Shown here: piece after piece, positions 54,088 through 63,372 of the stretch
How the letters are laid out: each line of letters starts with the position of its first letter
Position numbering within the stretch: the stretch's first letter is position 1
Source of the DNA: an uncultured Nitrospiraceae bacterium
GTDB lineage: Bacteria; Nitrospirota; Nitrospiria; Nitrospirales; UBA2166
Length of the DNA stretch: 64,000 nt
Assembly (NCBI GenBank): GCA_964463965.1
Contig: CAYXED010000002.1
Coordinates: 155,387 to 219,386, forward strand
Direction: 5' to 3'
Notes under the pieces: generated by a model
The model's input: the letters and a program-made list of their open reading frames with translations, nothing else
Told to the model about the DNA's origin: nothing
The model's database searches: none
Position numbers and translations under genes: made by a program

Positions 54088-54971
54088 TGAACAGTCCACG
54101 CTACAGTAATTTATATCATCAGCCAGTTATTATCATCGGGGCAGGGCGGTCAGGTACAAATATGTTGAGAGATGTTTTAGTCCAACTGCCAGGGTTTGGA
54201 ACTTGGCCGTGTGATGAAATCAATTATATTTGGAGGCATGGGAACGTACGCTATCCTTCTGATGAATTTCTTCCTGAGCAGGCATTATTTGAGGTGAAGA
54301 AATATATTCGAGAGTCATTTTCAAATTTGGCACGAAAGCATCGTTTAACATATGTGGTAGAAAAAACCTGTGCTAACTCTCTTCGTGTTGATTTTGTGAG
54401 ACAAGTTTTTCCAAATGGTAAGTTTATTTTTATTGTTCGAGATGGGAGAGATGTTATTGCTTCAGCAATGAAGAGGTGGACTGCAAGTTTTGATCTTCCA
54501 TATGTATTGAGAAAAGCCTGGTATGTTCCAATATCGGACCTTCCGTATTATGGGGTTAAATATTTTTTGAATCATCTTCATAGAGCATGGTCTCGTGATG
54601 GAAAGCTCGCCTATTGGGGCCCATGTTTTGAGGGGATGAAGGATATATTGCATTCTAAATCATTGTCAGAAATTTGTGCGATGCAATGGGTTCGTTGTGT
54701 TGAGAAAGCAGAGCAGGGTTTGTGTAAAGTTGACCCATCAAGTGTATATCAGTTGAGGTATGAAGATTTTGTCAAACAACCAAGCTTGGAAGTTGATCGC
54801 TTGGCGACGTTTTTAGGGATTGATGCTCCTTCAACAGAGTGGTTTCAGCAGTGCTTGATGGATGTTAAACCTCAGTATATTGGAAAGTGGAAAAGTGAAC
54901 TTGATAATAGGGATTTATCTCGTGTGCAACCTCTCATTCAGAGCACATTGCAGCGGCATGGCTATGTATAG
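54084..54971 (+). CDS. Sulfotransferase-family protein
   Basis: 295 aa with IIIGAGRSGTNMLRD (5'-PSB-like) and FIFIVRDGRDVIAS (3'-PB-like). GTGA overlap with the upstream gene. Confidence 0.8.
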   Translation: MMNSPRYSNLYHQPVIIIGAGRSGTNMLRDVLVQLPGFGTWPCDEINYIWRHGNVRYPSDEFLPEQALFEVKKYIRESFSNLARKHRLTYVVEKTCANSLRVDFVRQVFPNGKFIFIVRDGRDVIASAMKRWTASFDLPYVLRKAWYVPISDLPYYGVKYFLNHLHRAWSRDGKLAYWGPCFEGMKDILHSKSLSEICAMQWVRCVEKAEQGLCKVDPSSVYQLRYEDFVKQPSLEVDRLATFLGIDAPSTEWFQQCLMDVKPQYIGKWKSELDNRDLSRVQPLIQSTLQRHGYV

Positions 54972-55014
54972 AAGAGTGTGCCATAGGCTGTTAGGGTAGG
55001 GTGGCTGTCTATGT

Positions 55015-56169
55015 ATGATTGTCGTATTCAGTTCTGTTTTGTATGGTATAGGAGGTTTTTTTTCATTGAATACTAAATTCTTATTTTTTAAAGGACGGGT
55101 TGCGCTGTATGCAATTTTAAAATCTTTAAATATTGGGCCTGGTGACAAAGTCGTGCTTCCAGGTTTTACCTGCATTGTTGTGCCTAATGCGGTTCGGTAT
55201 GTTGGTGCGACGCCCGTTTACGTTGATATCGACCCTAAAACATTTAATATTGATATATCAAAGATTGATCAAAAATCTCTTTCAGGAGCACGTGCAATTG
55301 TTGTTCAGCATACATTTGGTATTCCAGCTGATGTTGATAGTGTAAAGAATATAGCAAGTCCTTTGGGTTGCGTTACTATTGAAGATTCTTGTCAGGCATT
55401 GGGTTCGAAGTACAAAGGGAAGGAAGTTGGGGCTTCTGGGGATTTTTCATTTTTTTCTTCCCAATGGTCAAAACCCGTAACTACTGGATTGGGTGGTTGG
55501 GCAGTTGTAAATAACCCAGAGTTTATCGGTAATATGGAGAGAATCTACCCTGAGTTTGATTTTCCATCTTGGGCAGAGGTTTTTGAGCTACGTGTACAAT
55601 ATTTTATGCATTCCATACTTTTCAGGCCTGCTTTATTTTGGTTTTTACAGGAACTTTATAGAGCACTTTCACTGCGTGGGATAATTATTAGTTCGTCAAG
55701 TATTGATGAACTAGAAGGACACATGCCTTTGAAATATGCTAAGTCAATGTCTCGATGGCAAAAATCTATCCTTTTACGAAAGCTTCAAGATTTTGATCGA
55801 CATATTGAGCATAGAAAATGGGTTGTTTCAATGTACGAAAAATATTTAGAAAATTTTGAAATAGATGTTGCAGTGCTTTCAAAATACCATGATCCTGTTT
55901 TTTTAAGGTATCCTGTAGTCTTAAAAAGACATGATAAGCAAGTAGTATTACAACATGCACGCAGAGCTGGAATTGAGTTGGGGGACTGGTTTCTTTCTCC
56001 AGTGCATCCAAACTGCAATACTTGGGGAAGTGTTGGTTATGAACGTGGAATGTGCCCTATAGCTGAGAGTGTTTGTGAAAGGATTGTCAATCTCCCATGT
56101 CATATTGGTGTGGGAGAAAAATATGTGAATCGTGTAGCAGACTTTCTTTCAGGCCAAGGGTTAAACTAA
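55015..56169 (+). CDS. DegT/DnrJ/EryC1-family aminotransferase-like protein (divergent)
   Basis: 384 aa with GDKVVLPGFTCIVVPNAV and a candidate PLP lysine in SSQWSKPVTTGLGG. The N-terminus is shorter than in canonical members. Confidence 0.7.
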   Translation: MIVVFSSVLYGIGGFFSLNTKFLFFKGRVALYAILKSLNIGPGDKVVLPGFTCIVVPNAVRYVGATPVYVDIDPKTFNIDISKIDQKSLSGARAIVVQHTFGIPADVDSVKNIASPLGCVTIEDSCQALGSKYKGKEVGASGDFSFFSSQWSKPVTTGLGGWAVVNNPEFIGNMERIYPEFDFPSWAEVFELRVQYFMHSILFRPALFWFLQELYRALSLRGIIISSSSIDELEGHMPLKYAKSMSRWQKSILLRKLQDFDRHIEHRKWVVSMYEKYLENFEIDVAVLSKYHDPVFLRYPVVLKRHDKQVVLQHARRAGIELGDWFLSPVHPNCNTWGSVGYERGMCPIAESVCERIVNLPCHIGVGEKYVNRVADFLSGQGLN

Positions 56170-56204
56170 CGAGTAATATTTAAAATGATGCCATATTGTA
56201 AAAC

Positions 56205-57443
56205 ATGGGCAGTGATCTTTCCGCTGAAAATTTGATGGTTTCACCAGACTCTCATTTAGAAAATATCTCTTCAAATATAGGCTCTCGAGATAAGTTTCTT
56301 CCGTTTCATATTCCTGATATTGGAGATGAAGAAATAAATGCAGTTATTGAAACATTAAAATCTGGTTGGTTAACTACTGGGCCAAAAGTACATCAGTTTG
56401 AGAAAGAATTTTCAGAATTCATTGGTGTACGCCATGCCATTGCCGTCAATTCCGGTACTGCAGCATTGCATTTGGCCTTAGCAGCGATTGGAGTTACTGA
56501 AGGTGACGAGATTATTGTGCCTACAATGACGTTCGGGGCTACCGCTGAGGTTGTATGTCACTTGAAGGCAAAACCAATATTTGTCGATTGTAACAAAAAG
56601 ACTATGAATATTGATCTTGATGGGGTTCAAAAAGCCATTACTTCAAAAACAAAAGCTATCATTCCAGTTCATATGGGGGGGCATCCGTGTGAAATGGACA
56701 AACTCTCAGCAATAAGCAGCGCTGCTTCAATTAAGGTCATTGAGGATGCTGCGCACGCATTTCCAGCACGGCATATGGGTGTAATGATAGGGAATATTAG
56801 TGATATTTCTTGTTTTTCATTTTATGCTACGAAAACGTTGACCACTGGAGAGGGTGGAATGGTTACGACAAATGATGATAAATGGGCCAATCAAATTCTG
56901 GCTATGAGTCAACATGGAATCAATAAGGGTGCTTGGAATCGATATGCTTCTCAGGGCTCTTGGTACTATGAAATTGCCACTCTCGGCTATAAGTATAATC
57001 TGTCGGATATGGCCGCAGCTATTGGCATTCAGCAGTTGAAAAAAACATCCTTGTTTTTAAAGGTACGTGAGAGAATCGCAGGCTTGTATACTAGGAGTTT
57101 TTCTGATTTACCTGAAATTAAAACTCCAGTTTGTTCAAGTGATATCAATCATGCGTGGCACCTGTATGTTATTCAGCTAGAGCTTGAAAGGCTGACTATA
57201 ACTAGAAACGAATTTATTGACTTATTGAAAGAAAAAAATATTGGAACATCTGTTCATTTCATTCCTCTACACTTACATCCTTTCTACCGAGACACCTTTG
57301 GGTATTCCTCAGAAAACTTCCCCAATGCCACAAGAACCTATGAGCGAATTATTTCATTGCCTATTTATTCTAAAATGAAAGATGATGATATTCATTATGT
57401 GATTGAGGTAGTGCGTAGTATTATTCAACGTTGTAAAAAATGA
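56205..57443 (+). CDS. DegT/DnrJ/EryC1-family nucleotide-sugar aminotransferase (PglE/WecE-like)
   Basis: 412 aa with GWLTTGPKV and the PLP lysine in FSFYATKTLTTGEGGM. Confidence 0.9.
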   Translation: MGSDLSAENLMVSPDSHLENISSNIGSRDKFLPFHIPDIGDEEINAVIETLKSGWLTTGPKVHQFEKEFSEFIGVRHAIAVNSGTAALHLALAAIGVTEGDEIIVPTMTFGATAEVVCHLKAKPIFVDCNKKTMNIDLDGVQKAITSKTKAIIPVHMGGHPCEMDKLSAISSAASIKVIEDAAHAFPARHMGVMIGNISDISCFSFYATKTLTTGEGGMVTTNDDKWANQILAMSQHGINKGAWNRYASQGSWYYEIATLGYKYNLSDMAAAIGIQQLKKTSLFLKVRERIAGLYTRSFSDLPEIKTPVCSSDINHAWHLYVIQLELERLTITRNEFIDLLKEKNIGTSVHFIPLHLHPFYRDTFGYSSENFPNATRTYERIISLPIYSKMKDDDIHYVIEVVRSIIQRCKK

Positions 57444-58030
57444 TTAAGAGACTTTTTGATGTGAGCATGGCTTTGACTGGGCTTGCTTTGCTGTTTCCTC
57501 TTTTGATTGCCGTGGCATGCCTTATAAAAATAGATTCCCTCGGTCCAGTGATTTTTAGGCAAGAACGTATCGGTCAGCGTTTTCAGCCCTTCATTATATA
57601 CAAGTTTCGTACAATGATTGCTGATACTTCGTCACAGGAAACTCAGGGATTGAGAAGTCAAAAACATCGAATCACTCATATTGGGAAATGGCTGCGTAAA
57701 ACAAAAATTGATGAACTGCCTCAACTACTGAACGTGTTCAAGGGAGACATGAGTTTAGTCGGTCCTCGTCCTGAAATCAGATTATATGTTGAAAGGTTTC
57801 GCAGTGATTATGAAGAGGTCCTTACAGTACAGCCTGGGATGACCGATCTTGCATCACTCAAATATCGGGATGAGGAGCGTGTTCTTGAGCTTTCTGTAGA
57901 TCCAGAAGAAGAATACATGCATAAGATTTTGCCAGAAAAAATTAGATTGGCTAAGGAATATATGAAACATTCGTCATTTCTTTTTGACTTAAGGCTAATA
58001 TTTCGAACATTGTTATGTCTTAGATATTAA
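57440..58030 (+). CDS. Small monotopic phosphoglycosyl transferase (PglC/WbaP C-terminal type, bacterial sugar transferase)
   Basis: 196 aa with N-terminal re-entrant helix KRLFDVSMALTGLALLFPLL and KIDELPQLLNVFKGDMSLVGPRP. Confidence 0.9.
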   Translation: MIKRLFDVSMALTGLALLFPLLIAVACLIKIDSLGPVIFRQERIGQRFQPFIIYKFRTMIADTSSQETQGLRSQKHRITHIGKWLRKTKIDELPQLLNVFKGDMSLVGPRPEIRLYVERFRSDYEEVLTVQPGMTDLASLKYRDEERVLELSVDPEEEYMHKILPEKIRLAKEYMKHSSFLFDLRLIFRTLLCLRY

Positions 58031-58062
58031 GTTTAGTAATATTTTTAGAAAATTCCCTGTAT

Positions 58063-58097
58063 TCCCGATGGTTTTATTGACCGTCGGGATTTTTTTT
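58063..58097 (+). terminator. Rho-independent terminator
   Basis: tcccgatgg (58063-58071) pairs with ccgtcggga (58081-58089). This gives 9 bp including one G-U, a 9-nt loop and then T8 (58090-58097). It starts 33 nt after the sugar-transferase stop. Confidence 0.8.
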
Positions 58098-58330
58098 GCT
58101 TTGAGTATAATCAGGTGTTTTAATATTTTTGTATCTATAGTAGTATTTTTTAGAAATAACTGTGTTATCTTAGATTCTGAACAATATAATACCTGTGGTA
58201 TGTCTATGAGGGGGATTGTAAGACATTTGTCTCTATTCAGGTTGATGACTTGAATCATTTTTAGTTTTTTGATGCGATGCTCTGATTATTTTCATAACGC
58301 GAAGGGAGTAGCCTTAACTTAGGAATAGGT

Positions 58331-60223
58331 ATGATGCAATTTCTTTTAGATTTTCGTCGGCCTATTATTGTGCTTTTGCATGTGGGCTTAATCGTTCTAG
58401 CCAACTTTATTGCATTTTGGTTGTTATATGGCCCGGTAGTTCCTCTCGCGTTACTAGGAAGCTATGTTGATTTATTACCATGGTTGGTAGTTATTCGTGG
58501 GCTTACTTTTATTCCTTTTAGGCTTTATGAAGGATTGTGGCGGTACGCTGGCATATATGATCTTCGAAATATTATTGGAGCAGTTTTTATTAGTACTTCA
58601 GTTTTTTATATGGTCGTTTACTGGGGTTTGAACGAGGATACATATCCAAAACCTGTTATCCTTATTGACGCACTTGTGCTGATCATCTTGCTCGGTGGAA
58701 GTAGAATGGCAAGACGTCTCTATCGTGATGCAGGAAGGGTAAAGCCTGGAAAACGTATATTAATATATGGTGCTGGTGGTGCTGGTGAACGAATTGTTAG
58801 GGACATGCAAAATAATCCATTTTATGAATTTGACCCTATTGGTTTCTTGGACGATGACCCATCAAAAGTTGGAGGTCATATTCATGGAGTCAAGGTATTA
58901 GGGACGCGTGGTGCGCTTGCTAAGGTGATAAGAAATACTGATCCTGATGCTATTCTAATTGCTATTCCTTCTGTGAAGCCAGTACCAATTCGGGAGATTC
59001 TTGAGGTTTTAGCGCCATTTAAAGTCCCAATTCAAACACTACCTAATGTTAGGGATATGCGTAAAGATGATGTCAATATGAGTCAAGTCAGGAGCCTTTC
59101 CATTAATGATTTGTTGGAACGTGCTCCGATAGGTCTTGATTCTAAACCTATTAAGGATCTTATACAGGGAAAGCGAATTTTAGTTACAGGTGCTGGTGGG
59201 TCTATCGGTGCTGAATTGTGCCGGCAGATTATTTCATTCCACCCATCTGCACTTGTTTTGTATGAAAGGTATGAATACGGCTTGTATACCGTTGCAAGCG
59301 AGTTAGCATCTGAAAATAAAGCTTGGCCCTTACATGCAGTTATAGGAGATGTTACGGATGCGCAGCGTATCCACGAGGTTTTTTTAGAGCATAGACCAGA
59401 AGTTATTTTTCATGCCGCTGCGCATAAGCATGTTCCACTTATGGAATTAAACCCTTGCGAAGCTGTAAAAAATAACATTAGTGGAACAAGAATGATGGCA
59501 GAGGCAGCGAAACGCCACCATGTGGAACGGTTCATTCTAATCTCAACAGATAAAGCTGTAAGTCCATCTAGTATAATGGGAGCTACAAAACGGGTTTCAG
59601 AGTTATTGATGCAAGGCATGCATCTAGAGAATGGCAATGCCTACAGTGGAGTACGGTTTGGAAATGTTCTTGGTAGTGCTGGAAGTGTGATCCCTAGGTT
59701 TTTGGAACAAATTAAGGCTGGTGGGCCAGTAACAGTTACCCATCCAGAGATGAGAAGGTATTTCATGTTGATTCCAGAGGCGGTACAGCTAGTCTTGTAT
59801 GCGGCAGCTTTAGCAAAAGGGGGGGAACTTTTTGTCCTAGAAATGGGGGAGTCAATCAAAGTTGTCGATTTGGCACGTAATATGATCCGCTTATCTGGTT
59901 TCGTTCCTGAAGAGGAGATGGCAATAACTTTTGTCGGACGAAGGCCTGGTGAAAAACTACAGGAAGAACTAATTGATAGCAATGAGACCCTTGAGTCTTC
60001 TTCAGTTGAACGTGTTTTTAAAATTCGTTCCAGTTATGTCCCTGAACCTTCTTTTCTATCTAAGACTGTGGAAGAGCTGGAGAAGCGTGCTGCCAGTGGC
60101 GATACTCGTGGCGTAATTGATGGTCTCAAAAGGCTTGTTCCAACCTATAGGCCTGCTGAAACGTCAGTATCAAATACATTGGCTCTTGGAGAAAAATCTA
60201 GAGATGTATCAGAGAAGATTTAA
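58331..60223 (+). CDS. Membrane-anchored nucleotide-sugar 4,6-dehydratase (PglF/CapD/WbpM-like)
   Basis: 630 aa with four N-terminal hydrophobic helices, two Rossmann loops (LIYGAGGAGERIV, LVTGAGGSIGAEL) and MGATKRVSE. Confidence 0.9.
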   Translation: MMQFLLDFRRPIIVLLHVGLIVLANFIAFWLLYGPVVPLALLGSYVDLLPWLVVIRGLTFIPFRLYEGLWRYAGIYDLRNIIGAVFISTSVFYMVVYWGLNEDTYPKPVILIDALVLIILLGGSRMARRLYRDAGRVKPGKRILIYGAGGAGERIVRDMQNNPFYEFDPIGFLDDDPSKVGGHIHGVKVLGTRGALAKVIRNTDPDAILIAIPSVKPVPIREILEVLAPFKVPIQTLPNVRDMRKDDVNMSQVRSLSINDLLERAPIGLDSKPIKDLIQGKRILVTGAGGSIGAELCRQIISFHPSALVLYERYEYGLYTVASELASENKAWPLHAVIGDVTDAQRIHEVFLEHRPEVIFHAAAHKHVPLMELNPCEAVKNNISGTRMMAEAAKRHHVERFILISTDKAVSPSSIMGATKRVSELLMQGMHLENGNAYSGVRFGNVLGSAGSVIPRFLEQIKAGGPVTVTHPEMRRYFMLIPEAVQLVLYAAALAKGGELFVLEMGESIKVVDLARNMIRLSGFVPEEEMAITFVGRRPGEKLQEELIDSNETLESSSVERVFKIRSSYVPEPSFLSKTVEELEKRAASGDTRGVIDGLKRLVPTYRPAETSVSNTLALGEKSRDVSEKI

Positions 60224-60253
60224 TTTTTTTGTAGTTTTTCCCTGGCTTCATTG

Positions 60254-62842
60254 TTAACAGTTTTCCATTAAAGCTTGGCCGGTATGTGAGTGCTTAGCTT
60301 TCATCATTTGCTGTGGATTTCCTGTAGCAATAATTTCCCCTCCCCGGTCTCCTCCTTCCGGTCCAAGGTCAATAATGTGGTCTGCATGTCTGATAATGTC
60401 GAGATTGTGTTCTATGACTATTACGCTGTTTCCCTCAGAAACAAGTCTGTCAAGAACATCAAGGAGCTTTTGAATGTCAACGAAGTGGAGTCCTGTTGTT
60501 GGTTCATCAAGAATATAAAGTGTTCGCCCTGTTGATCTTTTTGACAGTTCCCGTGCAAGTTTTACCCGTTGTGCTTCCCCTCCCGATAATGTGGTTGCTG
60601 GCTGACCTATACGCATATACCCTAACCCCACATCTCGAAGTGTCTCAAGTTTTTTTCTTATGAGAGGCAGTCTTTGAAAAGACTCAATGCCTTCTTCAAC
60701 CGTCAAGTTTAATACTTCAGCTATATTCATTCCCTGGTGTCTCACGTCAAGCGTTTCACGGTTATAACGCGCGCCATCGCATATTTCACATTTTACAAAA
60801 ATGTCAGGGAGAAAATGCATCTCGATTTTTATCATTCCATCACCATGGCAAGCCTCACAGCGACCCCCTTTAACGTTAAAGCTATATCGCCCTGGGCGGT
60901 AGCCGCGTATTCGAGAATCTGGGAGTTGAGCGAAAAAATCCCTGATGTATGTAAATAGACCTGTATATGTAGCAGGGTTTGAGCGTGGTGTTCTTCCAAT
61001 TGGATCCTGTGTAATATTAATGACTTTATCAATATACTCTATACCGGCAATAGTATGACAACCGGTAAGGCGATCAGCTTTGTTTGCTGATTTTCTAATT
61101 CTTCTCTTTCCATCTTTCTTGTATAAAGTTTTAACAAGAGATTTGTACAGGACATCAAAGATTAGAGAGCTTTTTCCCGACCCGGAGACTCCTGTTACAC
61201 AGGTCAGTGTCCCAAGAGGTATGGAGGCTGTAACGCTTTTAAGGTTATGGGTGTGGGCGCCTTCTACCTTTAGAAATCTTTTTGAACCTCGCTGACGGGA
61301 GGGGAGAGTGACGGTAGATTTTCCTGAGAGATATCTCCCTGTAATTGACGATGAGGTTTCCATAATTTCTGAGGGTGAGCCGCTAGCGACAATTTTCCCT
61401 CCGTGGATTCCAGCACCTGGGCCCATATCAAGTATATAGTCCGCACTGCGAATTGTATCGGTGTCATGTTCAACGACTACAACGGTGTTCCCAAGCTCTT
61501 GTAGTTCTTTGAGCGTAGTTAGGAGGCGTTTATTATCTCTCGGATGTAACCCAATGCTTGGTTCATCAAGAATATAGAGTACACCAACTAACCTGGATCC
61601 TATTTGTGTTGCAAGCCTAATTCTTTGACTTTCTCCGCCGGAAAGAGTGGCCGCTGTTCGATCAAGAGTGAGGTAATCAAGTCCCACATTTACAAGAAAA
61701 CCAAGGCGTTCAAGAATTTCTTTGAATATGCTTTTGGCGATGACGGTTTCACGGTCATTGAGAGCGAGATTTGTAAGATTTTTTTTTGCATCTCTGACTG
61801 AAAGTCTACAGACATCAGCAATATTAAGACCTCCGATGCGTACTGAAAGACTTTCGGGTTTCAATCGTTTTCCATCACAGGTCTGGCACTGAAGAAACTC
61901 ATCGTAACGGCGACCTGCTGATGTGCCTAGATCATCAGGTAACTCTGCGCGTAGTGTTCCAGAAGGTCTTAGTCCAAGCCCATCGCACGATGGACACGCT
62001 CCATATGGGCTATTAAATGAAAAGAAACGAGGGCTTATTTCTGGGTAACTCACCTTGCATGTGATGCATGCGAGTGTCTCACTAAATAGTAAATTATTTT
62101 TTTCATCGATGTAAATCCCTACAAGCCCTTTTGTTAGGTTTTTTGCAATTTCCATAGAATCTGCTAGGCGATGACGCAAACTGTCGTTTCTTTCAGATGG
62201 AAGAAGTAGCCTATCAACGACAATTTCAATGGTGTGCATGCGTTTTTTATCAAGTTCAATATTGTTGCTAAGGTCATGCAATTTTCCATCAATTCTCGCA
62301 CGTACAAATCCTTGCCGACGCATTTCAAGTAATTCTTTTCTGTATTCACCTTTTCGTTGTCTAACAATAGGGGCAAGGACCATGCATTTTTTTTCTCCAG
62401 GGGTGGCAAGTACTGTGTCTACCATTTGTTGTACTGTTTGTGCAGTGATTTCGTTGCCACATTGGAAACAAAATGGATGTCCTATACGAGCGAAGAGTAG
62501 GCGAAGGTAGTCATAAATTTCCGTTACTGTTCCAACGGTTGATCGAGGGTTACGAGATGCTGCCTTCTGTTCTATTGAAATTGCTGGAGACAGTCCTTCA
62601 ATACCGTCAACATCTGGTTTGTCCATCTGTTGTAAAAATTGCCTCGCATAGGCGGAGAGTGACTCGACGTATCGACGCTGGCCTTCAGCATAGATTGTGT
62701 CAAATGCAAGCGAGGACTTTCCAGATCCACTTGGGCCTGTGATTACAACAAGGCGATTACGAGGGATCTCCACATCAATATTGCGAAGATTGTGCTCCCT
62801 GGCGCCACGGATGGTTAGAAAAGATTGTCCAGACATAACCAT
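60254..62842 (-). CDS. uvrA: Excinuclease ABC subunit A (UvrA), short form
   Basis: [25 protein letters not shown], a second Walker [13 protein letters not shown], two LSGGE signatures and the Zn-module cysteines are present. The start is probably ATG 62842 or 62836; the track's TTG 62893 is less likely. Confidence 0.9.
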   Translation of the reverse strand: MVMSGQSFLTIRGAREHNLRNIDVEIPRNRLVVITGPSGSGKSSLAFDTIYAEGQRRYVESLSAYARQFLQQMDKPDVDGIEGLSPAISIEQKAASRNPRSTVGTVTEIYDYLRLLFARIGHPFCFQCGNEITAQTVQQMVDTVLATPGEKKCMVLAPIVRQRKGEYRKELLEMRRQGFVRARIDGKLHDLSNNIELDKKRMHTIEIVVDRLLLPSERNDSLRHRLADSMEIAKNLTKGLVGIYIDEKNNLLFSETLACITCKVSYPEISPRFFSFNSPYGACPSCDGLGLRPSGTLRAELPDDLGTSAGRRYDEFLQCQTCDGKRLKPESLSVRIGGLNIADVCRLSVRDAKKNLTNLALNDRETVIAKSIFKEILERLGFLVNVGLDYLTLDRTAATLSGGESQRIRLATQIGSRLVGVLYILDEPSIGLHPRDNKRLLTTLKELQELGNTVVVVEHDTDTIRSADYILDMGPGAGIHGGKIVASGSPSEIMETSSSITGRYLSGKSTVTLPSRQRGSKRFLKVEGAHTHNLKSVTASIPLGTLTCVTGVSGSGKSSLIFDVLYKSLVKTLYKKDGKRRIRKSANKADRLTGCHTIAGIEYIDKVINITQDPIGRTPRSNPATYTGLFTYIRDFFAQLPDSRIRGYRPGRYSFNVKGGRCEACHGDGMIKIEMHFLPDIFVKCEICDGARYNRETLDVRHQGMNIAEVLNLTVEEGIESFQRLPLIRKKLETLRDVGLGYMRIGQPATTLSGGEAQRVKLARELSKRSTGRTLYILDEPTTGLHFVDIQKLLDVLDRLVSEGNSVIVIEHNLDIIRHADHIIDLGPEGGDRGGEIIATGNPQQMMKAKHSHTGQALMENC

Positions 62843-62920
62843 CCGGATGGTGGAGGATAGTTGAACAGCTCCAGGGTAACTTAGGAGCCTCAATAACTAT
62901 TTTTTAATACCGTGAAAAAG

Positions 62921-63223
62921 TTATTTCTTTTTAGAGCCGACGACTTTATCTTTACACGCTTTCGCGACTCTAAATTTGACCACCTTTTTGGCAGGTATTT
63001 TTATTGTTTCTCCCGTTTGAGGGTTGCGGCCTTTTCGTGCCTTGCGTTGTACGAGAACGAGCTTTCCAATGCCTGGAAGAGTAAATGCATTCTTGGCCTC
63101 TTTATAAGCAAGCGCGGCAATCTCATCTAGCAATTCAGTTGTTGCTTTTTTCGTCATACCGGATTTGGTGGCTAGATGTTCAACAATTGCAGATTTTGTC
63201 ATCGGTTTTGACGTAGTTGCCAT
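62921..63223 (-). CDS. hup: HU/IHF-family nucleoid-associated DNA-binding protein
   Basis: 100 aa with the GRNPQTGETIKIPAKKVVKFR arm motif. A short N-terminal extension and a Lys-rich C-terminus are present. aggggga RBS. Confidence 0.9.
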   Translation of the reverse strand: MATTSKPMTKSAIVEHLATKSGMTKKATTELLDEIAALAYKEAKNAFTLPGIGKLVLVQRKARKGRNPQTGETIKIPAKKVVKFRVAKACKDKVVGSKKK

Positions 63224-63279
63224 TGTATTACTCCCCCTTCGCCCGTATTACGTTAATGACTTTGTTAGCACTTTCGCGA

Positions 63280-63308
63280 AGAATAGCCGTCTATAGAAAA
63301 GTTGTCAA
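63280..63308 (-). promoter_or_regulatory. Candidate sigma70-type promoter for the HU gene
   Basis: On the - strand: TTGACA (63308-63303), a 17-nt spacer, then TATTCT (63285-63280). It lies about 55 nt upstream of the start codon. Confidence 0.45.
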
Positions 63309-63372
63309 TAGAAAATACGCCCGCTTAATTGACTGCAGATTCTCAAGTAGGTGAGGTATTTTTGACGCGTGT

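Noticed and set aside
58068-58253. A 61-aa hydrophobic small ORF in the gap before the PglF-like gene.
   Set aside because: Its ATG lies inside the terminator stem and it has no RBS. Its hydrophobicity is what an AT/T-rich spacer would produce when translated. It is not called as a gene, though expression data could revive it.
62893-62925. An AT-rich inverted repeat (aataact ... agttatt) between the hup stop and the uvrA start region, considered as a possible hup terminator.
   Set aside because: The stem is only 7 bp and entirely A/T, with a loop of about 19 nt and no following U-tract on the - strand. It is too weak to call.
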